Source: Candidatus Latescibacterota bacterium
GTDB lineage: Bacteria; Latescibacterota; UBA2968; GCA-2709665
Direction: 5' to 3'
Length of the DNA: 64,000 nt
Assembly: GCA_965237675.1 (NCBI GenBank)
Contig: OZ250150.1
Coordinates: 3,360,001 to 3,424,000 of the forward strand
Position numbers and translations under genes: made by a program. This document shows positions 1 through 9,167 of this stretch, in pieces. The stretch's first letter is position 1. Each line of letters opens with the position of its first letter. Below the pieces are notes generated by a model that ran no database searches, had not been told where the DNA came from, and saw nothing but the letters and a program-made list of their open reading frames with translations.

Positions 1-1095
1 CAGGTGATGCGTGCGGTGCAAACCGCCGTAGACGGGCGGTTGAACGCGCTCCTGGTCCAGGTGCGCGGCAGAGGGGATTCCTTTTACCGCAGCCGTGTGG
101 CACCAAGGGCGGAGTCTCTTTCCGAAACTGAATTCGACCCTCTTGCGCTTATCGTGGAGGAGGGTCACCGCGCGGGGCTGGAAGTGCACGCCTGGGTAAA
201 TATGTACCTCGCGTGGCACCCGACAGAGCAGCGGCCGGAGTCGAAAGGACATATATTCCTGCGCCACCCCGAGTGGTTCATGCGGTCTGCCGACGGCATT
301 GACATGGGACGTGTCGAACTCGATGGCGTCGATCTTGTCAAACGCGGTGTAGAAGGGCGATATCTTTCACCTGGCAATCCGGAAGTCAGGACCCATCTGC
401 TCAAGGTTATCGAAGAGATCGTTGAGAATTACGATATTGACGGCATTCACATGGATTATGTCCGCTATCCCAATATCCACTATGACTACAATCCCGCAGT
501 GAGCGCCGAGTTTAGGAGGCGGTTCGGCTTCGACCCGGCTGAATGGACACGCAACAAAGAGGAGCCCCGCGGCGAGAAGGGCGCGAGTGATCGCATGGAG
601 GTATGGGAAAAATGGCGAAGTGAACAGGTCAGCGTGCTGGTTGGCCGAGTGCAGGAGCTGATTGCGCGGCTCAAGCCCGCCGTTAGGTTGTCCGCGGCCG
701 TCAAGCCGGACATCAAGTCCGCTTACACGCAACACGGCCAGGATTGGATCGGGTGGAGTAACCGCGGGCTGGTGGACTTTGTGGTGCCCATGTTCTACGT
801 CGGCTCCACGGAGGAGATCGAACTTCAGATGACAGAAGCCAGAAAGCGTGTGAAAAACGGGCGCCTGTATGCGGGAATCGGAATCTGGAATCAAGAAGCC
901 GACGACACCGTCACCCAGATCGACATCGCGCGACGCGCGGGATTCCAGGGGGTCGTGTTGTTTTCCGTGGATGGTTTCGCGCAGCAGCAGGGTCTGGTGG
1001 GCGAGTTGCGCGCCGGCCCGTTTCGAGGGCCGGCGGCCGGGCCCGAGCCGAATGTGAAGGAGGAGCCCAGAGGTGCTGAAACCCAGGCGCGGTGA
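1..1095 (+). CDS. Glycoside hydrolase-like family 10 (YddW/UPF0748) protein, 5'-truncated by window edge
   Basis: Motifs VQVRGRGD, GLEVHAW, YDIDGIHMDYVRYP, QDW..W, VPMFY; frame is open from position 1. Confidence 0.85.
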   Translation, partial: QVMRAVQTAVDGRLNALLVQVRGRGDSFYRSRVAPRAESLSETEFDPLALIVEEGHRAGLEVHAWVNMYLAWHPTEQRPESKGHIFLRHPEWFMRSADGIDMGRVELDGVDLVKRGVEGRYLSPGNPEVRTHLLKVIEEIVENYDIDGIHMDYVRYPNIHYDYNPAVSAEFRRRFGFDPAEWTRNKEEPRGEKGASDRMEVWEKWRSEQVSVLVGRVQELIARLKPAVRLSAAVKPDIKSAYTQHGQDWIGWSNRGLVDFVVPMFYVGSTEEIELQMTEARKRVKNGRLYAGIGIWNQEADDTVTQIDIARRAGFQGVVLFSVDGFAQQQGLVGELRAGPFRGPAAGPEPNVKEEPRGAETQAR

Positions 1096-2437
1096 TCAGA
1101 TTGAGATTGATATTGAGCGGCTGGACCGTAGGGGCAACGGTTTGGGTCGGATGGGCGCCTACACCGTGCAGGTGCGTGGCGCAGTGCCGGGAGACCGCGT
1201 CCGGGCGCGAGTGCGAAAGGTCAGAAATCGCTTGCGACGGGCCGAAGCCCGGCTGGTGGAACTCCTCTCCTCCGATATTCAGCGGGCCAGTGCAAGCTGT
1301 TCCCACTTTGGGCTTTGCGGGGGTTGTTTGTGGCAGGATATTCCTTATGAGGCGCAGGTTCAATTGAAGCAGAACATGGTGCGGACCTGCCTGGCGGAGG
1401 CCGGGATTGATGCGGAACCGGACGAACCGATACCTTCCGACGAGCCGTTTTTTTACCGGAACAAGATGGAGTTTTCGTTTGGCCGGTCGCCAGAAGGGCG
1501 GAACGAGGTGGGGCTGCACGTGGCGGGGCGTTTCGACCGAATATTCGACCTGGACGCCTGTTATCTTCAGTCGGAAACGTCCAACAGGATCGTTGAACGC
1601 GTGAGGAGCTTTAGCAGTGGGCTCTCCGTCTACCATCTGAAACGGCACGAAGGCCTGCTCAGATTCCTGACCATACGAGAGGGCAAACTGACGGGTGAAA
1701 CCATGGTTGTGCTGACCACGTCCGGGGAGGCGTTTCCCGAGGCGGAGAAGTTGGGAAAGATGCTGGAGGAGACGTTTCCTGGGGTGAAGAGTGTGATCCG
1801 CAGCGTCAACCTGCGCCGAGCGCAGGTGGCCACGGGCGACCGTGAAGAGGTGCTTGCGGGGATGGGCACCGTCAAAGAAAAATTGGGAGATTTCACGTTT
1901 GAGATATCACCGGGTTCATTTTTTCAAACCAACACGCGACAGGCCCAGCATCTTTACCGGCGGGTGGTTGCGCTGGCCGAACCTGGTCCTGACGACCGGA
2001 TTCTGGATGTGTATTGCGGAACGGGCGCGATTTCGTTGTTTCTATCGCAGAGGGCGGGCTACATTCTGGGCATTGACGTCGTTGAAGGGGCGGTACGCGA
2101 TGCGGTTCGCAACAGCGCCATAAACTGTGTATCCAACTGCCGGTTCATCGCGGGTGCGGCGGAAGATATTCTGTGGCAGGTCCGGGAGCAGGGCGAACGA
2201 TTTGAAACCGTGGTCACCGATCCCCCGCGGCCGGGTATGCATTTAAAGGCGTTAACCGCGATCTGTGATCTGCGTCCGGAGCGCATCGTGTATGTCTCGT
2301 GCAACCCGGAGGCGTTGGGTACGGACCTGAAGCGCCTGGAAGGCGCGGGTTACAAGACGGACTACGTGCAGCTTGTGGATATGTTCCCACATACGCCGCA
2401 CTGCGAGGTTGTGGCGCGGTTGATCAATAAAGCCTGA
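1073..2437 (+). CDS. rlmD: 23S rRNA (uracil-5)-methyltransferase RlmD/RumA
   Basis: N-terminal TRAM domain, Fe-S motif CSHFGLCGGC, SFFQTN, DVYCGTG, DPPRPG, YVSCNP, DMFPHTPHCE. Confidence 0.95.
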   Translation: MLKPRRGDQIEIDIERLDRRGNGLGRMGAYTVQVRGAVPGDRVRARVRKVRNRLRRAEARLVELLSSDIQRASASCSHFGLCGGCLWQDIPYEAQVQLKQNMVRTCLAEAGIDAEPDEPIPSDEPFFYRNKMEFSFGRSPEGRNEVGLHVAGRFDRIFDLDACYLQSETSNRIVERVRSFSSGLSVYHLKRHEGLLRFLTIREGKLTGETMVVLTTSGEAFPEAEKLGKMLEETFPGVKSVIRSVNLRRAQVATGDREEVLAGMGTVKEKLGDFTFEISPGSFFQTNTRQAQHLYRRVVALAEPGPDDRILDVYCGTGAISLFLSQRAGYILGIDVVEGAVRDAVRNSAINCVSNCRFIAGAAEDILWQVREQGERFETVVTDPPRPGMHLKALTAICDLRPERIVYVSCNPEALGTDLKRLEGAGYKTDYVQLVDMFPHTPHCEVVARLINKA

Positions 2438-2467
2438 GCTTCCGGTCCATCGCAGGCAATTGACAGA

Positions 2468-2498
2468 CAGAGCAGAGGGCGTTTACGCCGTCTGCTTT
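2468..2498. terminator. Hairpin between convergent rlmD and greA, probable terminator
   Basis: AGAGCAGAGGGCGT-TT-ACGCCGTCTGCTTT imperfect inverted repeat. Confidence 0.5.
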
Positions 2499-2520
2499 CT
2501 CCGGTTTTGCTTACCTCAGT

Positions 2521-2994
2521 TCAATCCCTGCTGATATCCAGAATCTCGTATGCGAGCGTGCCTACCGGTACCGTCGCTTCCACCCGATCGCCAACGCCTT
2601 TGCCCAGAAGGGCGCGGCCAACAGGGGATTGTGTCGAGATCTTGTTCTGTTCGAAATCGGCCTCGTCGGTCGATACCAGGGTATACCGGATCTGTGCGCC
2701 GGTACTGCGGTCCTTTAGCGTGACCGTGGCGCCCAGATAAGCCTTATCCTTGGCCATCAGACTTTCGTCAATGATTTCAGATCGAACCAGTTTGTCCTGG
2801 AATTCGGCGATCTTTTTCTCGACGAACATCTGTCGCTCTTTTGCGCTATGGTATTCCGCGTTCTCGCGCAGGTCTCCATGTTCCCGGGCTCTGGCGATGG
2901 CCTCGATAACCGCCGGCCGTTCCTGAGTTCGAAGCCGTTCCAGTTCAGTCCAGATTTTCTTGTAACCGTCTCTTGTGAGGTAAAGTCGATCCAT
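2521..2994 (-). CDS. greA: Transcription elongation factor GreA
   Basis: AREHGDLRENAEYHSAKE and ISTQSPVGRALLGK motifs, 157 aa, SD GGGAG. Confidence 0.97.
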   Translation of the reverse strand: MDRLYLTRDGYKKIWTELERLRTQERPAVIEAIARAREHGDLRENAEYHSAKERQMFVEKKIAEFQDKLVRSEIIDESLMAKDKAYLGATVTLKDRSTGAQIRYTLVSTDEADFEQNKISTQSPVGRALLGKGVGDRVEATVPVGTLAYEILDISRD

Positions 2995-3147
2995 TGTCGT
3001 GTCTCACTCCCTCGTTTGCGGATTACAGGGACTCACGGACCATGTTGTCTAGAGAAAAAACATCGGGGGGTCCTGATCTGCCGACAGCCCCGTCGGGTAA
3101 GTCGAAAACGACTGTGGAGAATCCGGAAATGGACGCTAAAGTGCTTA

Positions 3148-3176
3148 AAAATAAGGTCTTTTTTGAATAAAGTCAA
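3148..3176 (-). promoter_or_regulatory. Sigma70-like promoter for greA
   Basis: TTGACT-17 nt-TATTTT on minus strand. Confidence 0.55.
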
Positions 3177-3203
3177 GATCAAAAGGACCATGGCAGGATG
3201 GGT

Positions 3204-3232
3204 TTGACATCTTCGGCAAAGGTTCGTATACT
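3204..3232 (+). promoter_or_regulatory. Sigma70 promoter for dapA-like/adk-like genes
   Basis: TTGACA-17 nt-TATACT, near-consensus. Confidence 0.75.
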
Positions 3233-3292
3233 ATAGGTTTGTCGAAACCTGCCCCAGGACAACATTGCCGCGGGAACCTTGCGAGGGTGAGA

Positions 3293-4201
3293 ATGGATAC
3301 CACGTTTGTGCACGGTCTTATTCCGGCACTGATCACCCCAATGACCTGCGACGAAGCGCTGGATGAAGCTGGCCTTGAGCGTTTGTTGGATTACGTGATC
3401 GCCGCAGGCGTGCACGGCGTGTTTGCCGGAGGTACCGCCGGGGAGTCCTGGGCATTGAGCGTGGAGGAGAAGATACGCCTTTACCAGTGGACCGTGGGTT
3501 ATACGGCGGGACGGGTACCGGTTTATGTGGGAACGGCGGCCAATTGCACAGGTGAGGCCGTGCGGCTGGCCGAGGCGGCGCAGGAGGCGGGGGCGGATTG
3601 TCTTTCGGTGCTCACTCCTTTCTTTATCACGCCCAATCCCGGCGAGATGTACAACCACTTTGCCGCCATCGCCCGCGCAGTGGACCTGCCGGTGCTTTTG
3701 TACGATCTGCCTGCGAGAACCGCCAACAGCCTCTCTGTAGATCTGGTGATGCGGCTGGCAGGAACATTCGGCAATATCGTCGGCATCAAAGACAGTTCGG
3801 GGGATTTTACCAGGACGCTCGATTACCTGCGTCATGCTCCCGAGGGGTTTCGCGTTATCATGGGTCGCGACACGCTGATCTACGCCGCCCTCGTCCACGG
3901 CGCCGCAGGGGCAATTGCCGCCAGCGCAAATGTGGTGCCCGAACTGGGTGTCGGTGTTTACGAGCGGTACAGGGCCGGAGACACGGAAGGCGCCCTGGAT
4001 TTCCAGAAGCGGCTTGTCCCGTTGCGATCCGCGTTTTCGCTGGGAACGCATCCGGCAATGCTCAAGGCGGGGGCGGAGCTTGTGGGCGCCGCCGGAGGAC
4101 CGCCCCGGCGGCCCGTGAGCCGGCTGTCCGGTGTCGATCTGCAACAGTTGAAAGTTCTGCTTGCAAAGATGGGAAAGTTGCGAGCCGTCGACGCGGATTG
4201 A
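3293..4201 (+). CDS. Dihydrodipicolinate synthase (DapA)/class I aldolase family protein
   Basis: PALITP, GTAGES, LLYDLP, GIKDSSGD Schiff-base Lys; start chosen at ATG 3293 after GAGGG. Confidence 0.9.
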   Translation: MDTTFVHGLIPALITPMTCDEALDEAGLERLLDYVIAAGVHGVFAGGTAGESWALSVEEKIRLYQWTVGYTAGRVPVYVGTAANCTGEAVRLAEAAQEAGADCLSVLTPFFITPNPGEMYNHFAAIARAVDLPVLLYDLPARTANSLSVDLVMRLAGTFGNIVGIKDSSGDFTRTLDYLRHAPEGFRVIMGRDTLIYAALVHGAAGAIAASANVVPELGVGVYERYRAGDTEGALDFQKRLVPLRSAFSLGTHPAMLKAGAELVGAAGGPPRRPVSRLSGVDLQQLKVLLAKMGKLRAVDAD

Positions 4202-4246
4202 ATGACTTCCAAGGCCTGAGGCCTGAACGTATTGAGGAGCGACGGA

Positions 4247-4861
4247 ATGATCGATCAACCTGAAAGGCATCGCACAATTCTGGTCGTTGGGGCGCCCGGG
4301 TCGGGTAAGGGCACGCAGGGGAAAATACTGGGGAAGATTCCAGGATTCTACCACCAGGCCTGCGGCGACGTTTTTCGGGCCCTGGACCCGAGCAGCGAGT
4401 TGGGCAAGATCTTTCTTGCTTACTCGGGTAAAGGCCGACTGGTTCCGGACCAGTTTACCGTTCAACTGTGGCTGGACCATATTCGAGGCGCTATTCAGAA
4501 CGGCAGATTTCGACCGGATGAGGAAGTGCTTGTTCTCGACGGCATTCCACGCAATTTGCACCAGGCCGAAATGATGGCGGATTATATCGACCTCAATCTG
4601 CTCATCTGCCTGGATATAGCCGATGACAACGTTCTGGTCACACGTGCCCTGCGCCGCGCGCTCAGAGAGAACCGGCTCGACGATGCCAGCGAAGCGGTCA
4701 TCCGGCGGCGGCTGCGGGAATTCGAGCGGGAAACGGCGCCTCTACTGGATTATTATCCGGCCGAGGTGATACGCAATGTTGACGGGGAGCAGAAACCGGT
4801 CGACGTCTTGCACGATGTAATCGGAATCATCCAGGAAGTGGATACGGTCACCGGCATCTGA
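4247..4861 (+). CDS. Adenylate/nucleoside monophosphate kinase (short LID)
   Basis: GAPGSGKGTQ P-loop, LDGIPR, R.DD motif; SD GAGGAG. Confidence 0.9.
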   Translation: MIDQPERHRTILVVGAPGSGKGTQGKILGKIPGFYHQACGDVFRALDPSSELGKIFLAYSGKGRLVPDQFTVQLWLDHIRGAIQNGRFRPDEEVLVLDGIPRNLHQAEMMADYIDLNLLICLDIADDNVLVTRALRRALRENRLDDASEAVIRRRLREFERETAPLLDYYPAEVIRNVDGEQKPVDVLHDVIGIIQEVDTVTGI

Positions 4862-5040
4862 AACCCAAAGCTTTTTCGGGTGGGGTACGGTCGTCTGTTT
4901 TTTCAGGCGGCCGTCGTATTTTCAGCGGTAACGGACGTTGGAGTCCGGTGATTGAGGTCTCACGGGTGCCGCGTACCCAGACCGCATATCGGCAACGCGA
5001 CGCGGTTCGTTCAGATCCATAACGGGGAGCATCTGCAGGC

Positions 5041-8000
5041 ATGTTTAGAGTGTGTATCGGCATTATTCTCCTGTTTGTCTTCCCGCCGTGCGTGGAAGCA
5101 CGCCCGCGGATGGATTGGACGGTGTTCCGGCGCGAAGACGGTCTTGCCCACAACGTGGTGACGGCAGTCGTAGAGGCACAAGACGGCGCGCTCTGGTTTG
5201 CCACACGTGAGGGTATATCCCGCTATGACGGTCGGGCATGGCGCACCTATGGCGAAGAAGAGGGGTTGCCCGGCAGCAGTTTCCGCGGGCTCTTCGAAGC
5301 TGAGAACGGCACCCTGTGGGCCACCGGAGGTGTCGGGTTTCGCTGGCAGGCTGAAAACCACATCGCCCGTCTGGTGGGCGACCGGTGGGAGCCGGTCATA
5401 CTGCCCGGAAACCTTGCGGGTGTCGGCGTGGGGCCGATTGTCGGCGTCGCAGGAGGCGGCCTCTGTTTTGCAACGGCGGGTTTGGGTATACTCCACTATG
5501 CCGGTGACGAGTGGAAGACCATTGACGAAGAGGATGGGCTGGCGTCCAATAATGTGCAATGTCTTTTGCGGTTGAAGGACGGGGCCGTGTGGGCGGCGTA
5601 CGCAGGGGGACGGCCCGGAAGCAGGTCTTTCCTACGCCGTCCCAGACGCGGGCGGGGCGGGGGCGTTAGCCGATTCGATCCTTCGAAGAATGAATGGGTG
5701 GAGGTTGCCGCGCCCGGCGAACTGGCGGGTGGCGCGGTGACCGCGATGGCGCAGGCTGCGGACGGCGCCATCTGGCTGGGAACGGAGAACAGAGGGGTAC
5801 TGCGTTACGACGGGTTAAATTGGCAGGAGTTTACTGCGGCAGACGGGTTGCCCGCGAACCCGGTGCTGGCCGTCGCTGCGGCGCCTGATGGGTCAGTATG
5901 GGTGGGAACCGTCGGTGGCGTCGTTCGATTCATGGCGCCGGAAACGGAATTGTCGGCCGGGGATCACTGGCAGATAGTTCAGATTTTTACGGAAGAGAAC
6001 GGCCTGCCGAGCAATCTGGTCACATCCATCTGTGTCAGCAGGGCCGGCGCCGTGTGGGTGGGAACCGCATGGGGTGTCGCGCGGTACGGTGCAACAGGTT
6101 GGGACCAACACAGCCGGTGGGCCGGTGCGGCTGACCCCGGCGGCGTGGCCCTTGAACGTACGGCGGATGGCCGTTTGTGGGCAGCCACAGGAGAGCGAAT
6201 CTACGAATTTGACGGCGCCAACTGGCATGAGGCTTACCGGATCCGGACCCATGGCCGCCGTCGGCCCGGGCCTATTGTGGCGTTAAATAAAGGAAAGGGC
6301 GGTACGCTCTGGGCTGCCATCGATCGACGTGTGTTTCGTTTTGACGGTGCCTATTGGAAGGAATTCGGGTTGCCGATGTCTGGACCCGGATCCCGTATTC
6401 TATCGATTTTCCCCGCACGTGCGGGCGGGGTGTGGGCGGGCACGCGAGCCGGGCTATTTCGATTCGACGGCGAGGAATGGTCCGCGCATGCGCCTGCGGT
6501 GACAGGAGGGGTGCACGCCGTATACGAGTCCGGCGATGGCGCCCTCTGGCTTGGCGCCGACAGCGGCGTCGTTTTGGATAAAGACGGCGAACGCCGGGTT
6601 TTCACCTCGGCCGACGGGTTGTCTGGGGAGCCTGTCGTCGCGCTGGCCGAGGCGCACGGCGCGATCTGGGCCGCAACGCGCTTCAAGGGGATGTTTCGAT
6701 ACAATCGGGGCGTGTGGGAAGCCGTGCCAAGGGGCGATGAGACCGTTTTCGCGGGAGCGCACCGTTTTTTTGTGGATGACGATGGCATACTCTGGTTGGC
6801 CTCCCTTGCGATCGGCGCGGTTCATACCGATGGCGAGGTCTGGACGCGCTACACGACGCGCAGCGGCCTTCCGGGCGCCCGGGTGTGGGATATCGCGCAG
6901 GACAGGGATGGACGGTTCTGGTTTGCCACAGATAAGGGACTGGGATGTTATTCGCGGGACACCGATGCGCCTGAAACCGTGCTGTCGATGCCTTCCAACG
7001 AGGTGGCGCCCTACCAGAGTGTCCTGGTAAAATTCTCCGGTCAGGACGCGTGGAAACAGACACCGACACACGAGTTGAAATACGCGTGGAGGCTCAGTGG
7101 AGAGGTTTGGATGCCGTTTGTTCGGGTCAGAACGCCTGGAATCTGGACGCCGTTTACAGCTGAAGATCATACGCTTTTAAGCGGGCTTGAACCCGGCCGT
7201 CATACCTTTGAAGTTCGTGCGATGGATCGGGAATTCAATATCGATCCGACACCAGCCCGGCATTTTTTCATGGTTCTGGCCCCCGTGTGGCAGCGGCCGT
7301 GGTTCGTGGCGCTCAGCGTATTCTCGATCGTGGCTCTTGGCGTGTCGTCCGGAGTTGCGCTGCAACGGCACCGGCGGTGGCGCGAGGCCCAAGCCCGCCA
7401 GATCCAAGAATTGGAATCCGAGTTACAGCAGGCGCACAGGATGCAGATGGGTCTGCTGCCTACGGCCACGATACGAGACGAATTTTTTGAAATTGCAGGA
7501 GTCTGCGCGCCCGCGAACCACGTCGGTGGCGACTATTTCAACTATTTCTGGCTGGACGAGGCACGGAGGGTTCTTGGCTTTGGCGCGGCAGATGTCTCGG
7601 GAAAGGCGATGGAGGCGGCCGTGCGGGCGATGCAGTTGAGCGGGATCTTCAGGTACGAGTTTCGAGGTGAAAAGCCGCTGACCGAGGTTGCGAAGCGGCT
7701 GGATGAGGATTTGAAGGAACAGATGGATGAGGCCAGTTTCATTACCTGTTGTCTGGGCAAGCTGAATCCGGTAGCGGGGCGCGTCGACCTGGTCAACGCC
7801 GGCCATCCCTTCCCATATCATTATTGCGCAGCGGCGGGGGAGTTGCGGGCCCTTCATCTGCCGTCCATTCCGCTGGGTTTGGTTTTGCCCCCGGGAAGCC
7901 CCGGCGGGCATGCCGAGGCCGCCATCGATGTGGCACCGGACGACCTGCTGGTGTTCTACAGCGATGGCGTGACCGACATGCGGAATGGGGCCGGGGAGTT

Positions 8001-8181
8001 TTATGAGACAGACCGGCTGGAAAAAACGATCAAGGCGCATGTTCGGGCAAGCGCCGCGGACCTGGTCTCTGTGATTCTCGAGGACGTTTACCGTTTCAAG
8101 GGAGATGCGCCTCAGCCGGACGATATGACGCTTCTGGTGATTCGAATGCTGGATGGGGGGCGTGCGGACGCAAGCGGATGA
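5041..8181 (+). CDS. Beta-propeller sensor + Y_Y_Y + TM + SpoIIE/PP2C phosphatase
   Basis: Signal peptide, repeated DGL/GxLWxxT blades, LSGLEPGRHTFEVRAMD, PVWQRPWF-TM, VGGDYF, ADVSGK, YSDGVTD, DDMTLL. Confidence 0.9.
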   Translation: MFRVCIGIILLFVFPPCVEARPRMDWTVFRREDGLAHNVVTAVVEAQDGALWFATREGISRYDGRAWRTYGEEEGLPGSSFRGLFEAENGTLWATGGVGFRWQAENHIARLVGDRWEPVILPGNLAGVGVGPIVGVAGGGLCFATAGLGILHYAGDEWKTIDEEDGLASNNVQCLLRLKDGAVWAAYAGGRPGSRSFLRRPRRGRGGGVSRFDPSKNEWVEVAAPGELAGGAVTAMAQAADGAIWLGTENRGVLRYDGLNWQEFTAADGLPANPVLAVAAAPDGSVWVGTVGGVVRFMAPETELSAGDHWQIVQIFTEENGLPSNLVTSICVSRAGAVWVGTAWGVARYGATGWDQHSRWAGAADPGGVALERTADGRLWAATGERIYEFDGANWHEAYRIRTHGRRRPGPIVALNKGKGGTLWAAIDRRVFRFDGAYWKEFGLPMSGPGSRILSIFPARAGGVWAGTRAGLFRFDGEEWSAHAPAVTGGVHAVYESGDGALWLGADSGVVLDKDGERRVFTSADGLSGEPVVALAEAHGAIWAATRFKGMFRYNRGVWEAVPRGDETVFAGAHRFFVDDDGILWLASLAIGAVHTDGEVWTRYTTRSGLPGARVWDIAQDRDGRFWFATDKGLGCYSRDTDAPETVLSMPSNEVAPYQSVLVKFSGQDAWKQTPTHELKYAWRLSGEVWMPFVRVRTPGIWTPFTAEDHTLLSGLEPGRHTFEVRAMDREFNIDPTPARHFFMVLAPVWQRPWFVALSVFSIVALGVSSGVALQRHRRWREAQARQIQELESELQQAHRMQMGLLPTATIRDEFFEIAGVCAPANHVGGDYFNYFWLDEARRVLGFGAADVSGKAMEAAVRAMQLSGIFRYEFRGEKPLTEVAKRLDEDLKEQMDEASFITCCLGKLNPVAGRVDLVNAGHPFPYHYCAAAGELRALHLPSIPLGLVLPPGSPGGHAEAAIDVAPDDLLVFYSDGVTDMRNGAGEFYETDRLEKTIKAHVRASAADLVSVILEDVYRFKGDAPQPDDMTLLVIRMLDGGRADASG

Positions 8182-8789
8182 AGTGTGAGACCTCACACGG
8201 ATAAAGAGGGAAACTACCTGACCTTGGCACCTCCCGAAAAATTGCAGATCAATTCTGCGTCAAGACCCGCATTTTTTCGCATTGTCCCTTCGACCCTTAA
8301 CATCTCTCCCGTCAAGGCTCTTCTCCAGAATTCAAAGCTCATTAACGACCCCAATGGCTAATCCCCCTTCTCCAGATCCCAAACCATCGCCAAGATCGCC
8401 GTCTTACATTGAATAATTGAAAGCAAGAAACACAAGACATAGCGAGATTTACAGTTACACGTTCTCGGATCGATTCTACTCATCTAATTCACAGCTAGAC
8501 TCGATCGATGTCGACATGCCGCTTATCGTGTCATCCTTCATGGACAGAGCTATCGCTCACCACGACCCCAACAAACGAGACATAAAATCACCATTGGAGC
8601 TGAGATCCACAAATTTCAATCATAAATCCCTACAGAGACTGCCCAATATTCCTCCCCCACTGGCGCTATTGAGCCGATCGTATGGGTTGGCCCCTTTCAC
8701 CAATCATTGACAAGCTGTGAATCTCATTGCGTCTCTGAAGACGCTCAGAGCTTTGGTGGCCAAGGTCTACTAGAAGAGGACGTTTACTG

Positions 8790-9167
8790 ATGGATGCAGA
8801 CCAAACCTGCCGCCCAATGGAACCAATGAAGGATGCCATAACTAGCATGGCAATTGAATCTTGGCGGTTTACAAAGGTATTCGACCGTTTGCTCAACAAG
8901 CTAGATGCTGGCGAACAGAAACGATACAGGAGCCAAGTTCGATGGTTCACCAAAAGGTTCGAAGAGGCTCTGAAGCTGGCTGATTTGCGAATCGTCGACG
9001 TTGAGGGGCATCCCTTTGATCCAGGCATGGCCGCTACACCTCTGAACATCGATGAATTCGACGCTGAAGATTTCTTGATAGTCGATCAGATGATTGAGCC
9101 TATCATTATGACGAACGATCGTTTGGTTAAGACAGGAACTGTCACGTTGAGGAGGGTGAAACAATGA
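8790..9167 (+). CDS. Short GrpE-like protein (helical part plus beta-domain only)
   Basis: GHPFDP ... IEPIIM ... LVKTGTVTL resembles GrpE C-terminal G.FDP...GY...L.R.A.V; ATGA overlap with Hsp70 gene. Confidence 0.65.
   Translation: MDADQTCRPMEPMKDAITSMAIESWRFTKVFDRLLNKLDAGEQKRYRSQVRWFTKRFEEALKLADLRIVDVEGHPFDPGMAATPLNIDEFDAEDFLIVDQMIEPIIMTNDRLVKTGTVTLRRVKQ

Noticed and set aside
3179-4561. Long antisense ORFs (also 24127-25524, 43353-44753, 17829-19073, 26337-27362 and others)
   Set aside because: Shadow ORFs of high-GC genes, fully overlapping well-supported CDSs, with no motifs
7105-7160. Short duplication TGGATGCCGTTT/TGGACGCCGTTT in the sensor Y_Y_Y domain
   Set aside because: In-frame 12-codon local duplication or insertion; no evidence of a repeat system
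8226-8279. GGCACCTCCCGAAAAATT as an IS-like end bounding the Hsp70 island
   Set aside because: No matching inverted copy or direct repeat found at the right border near 15050
8398-8423. Sequence ending ATTGAAAG, like a CRISPR repeat end
   Set aside because: Single occurrence, no repeat-spacer periodicity, no cas genes
8417-8710. 97-aa ORF upstream of the GrpE-like gene
   Set aside because: TTG start without SD and no recognisable motif; cannot be supported as a gene
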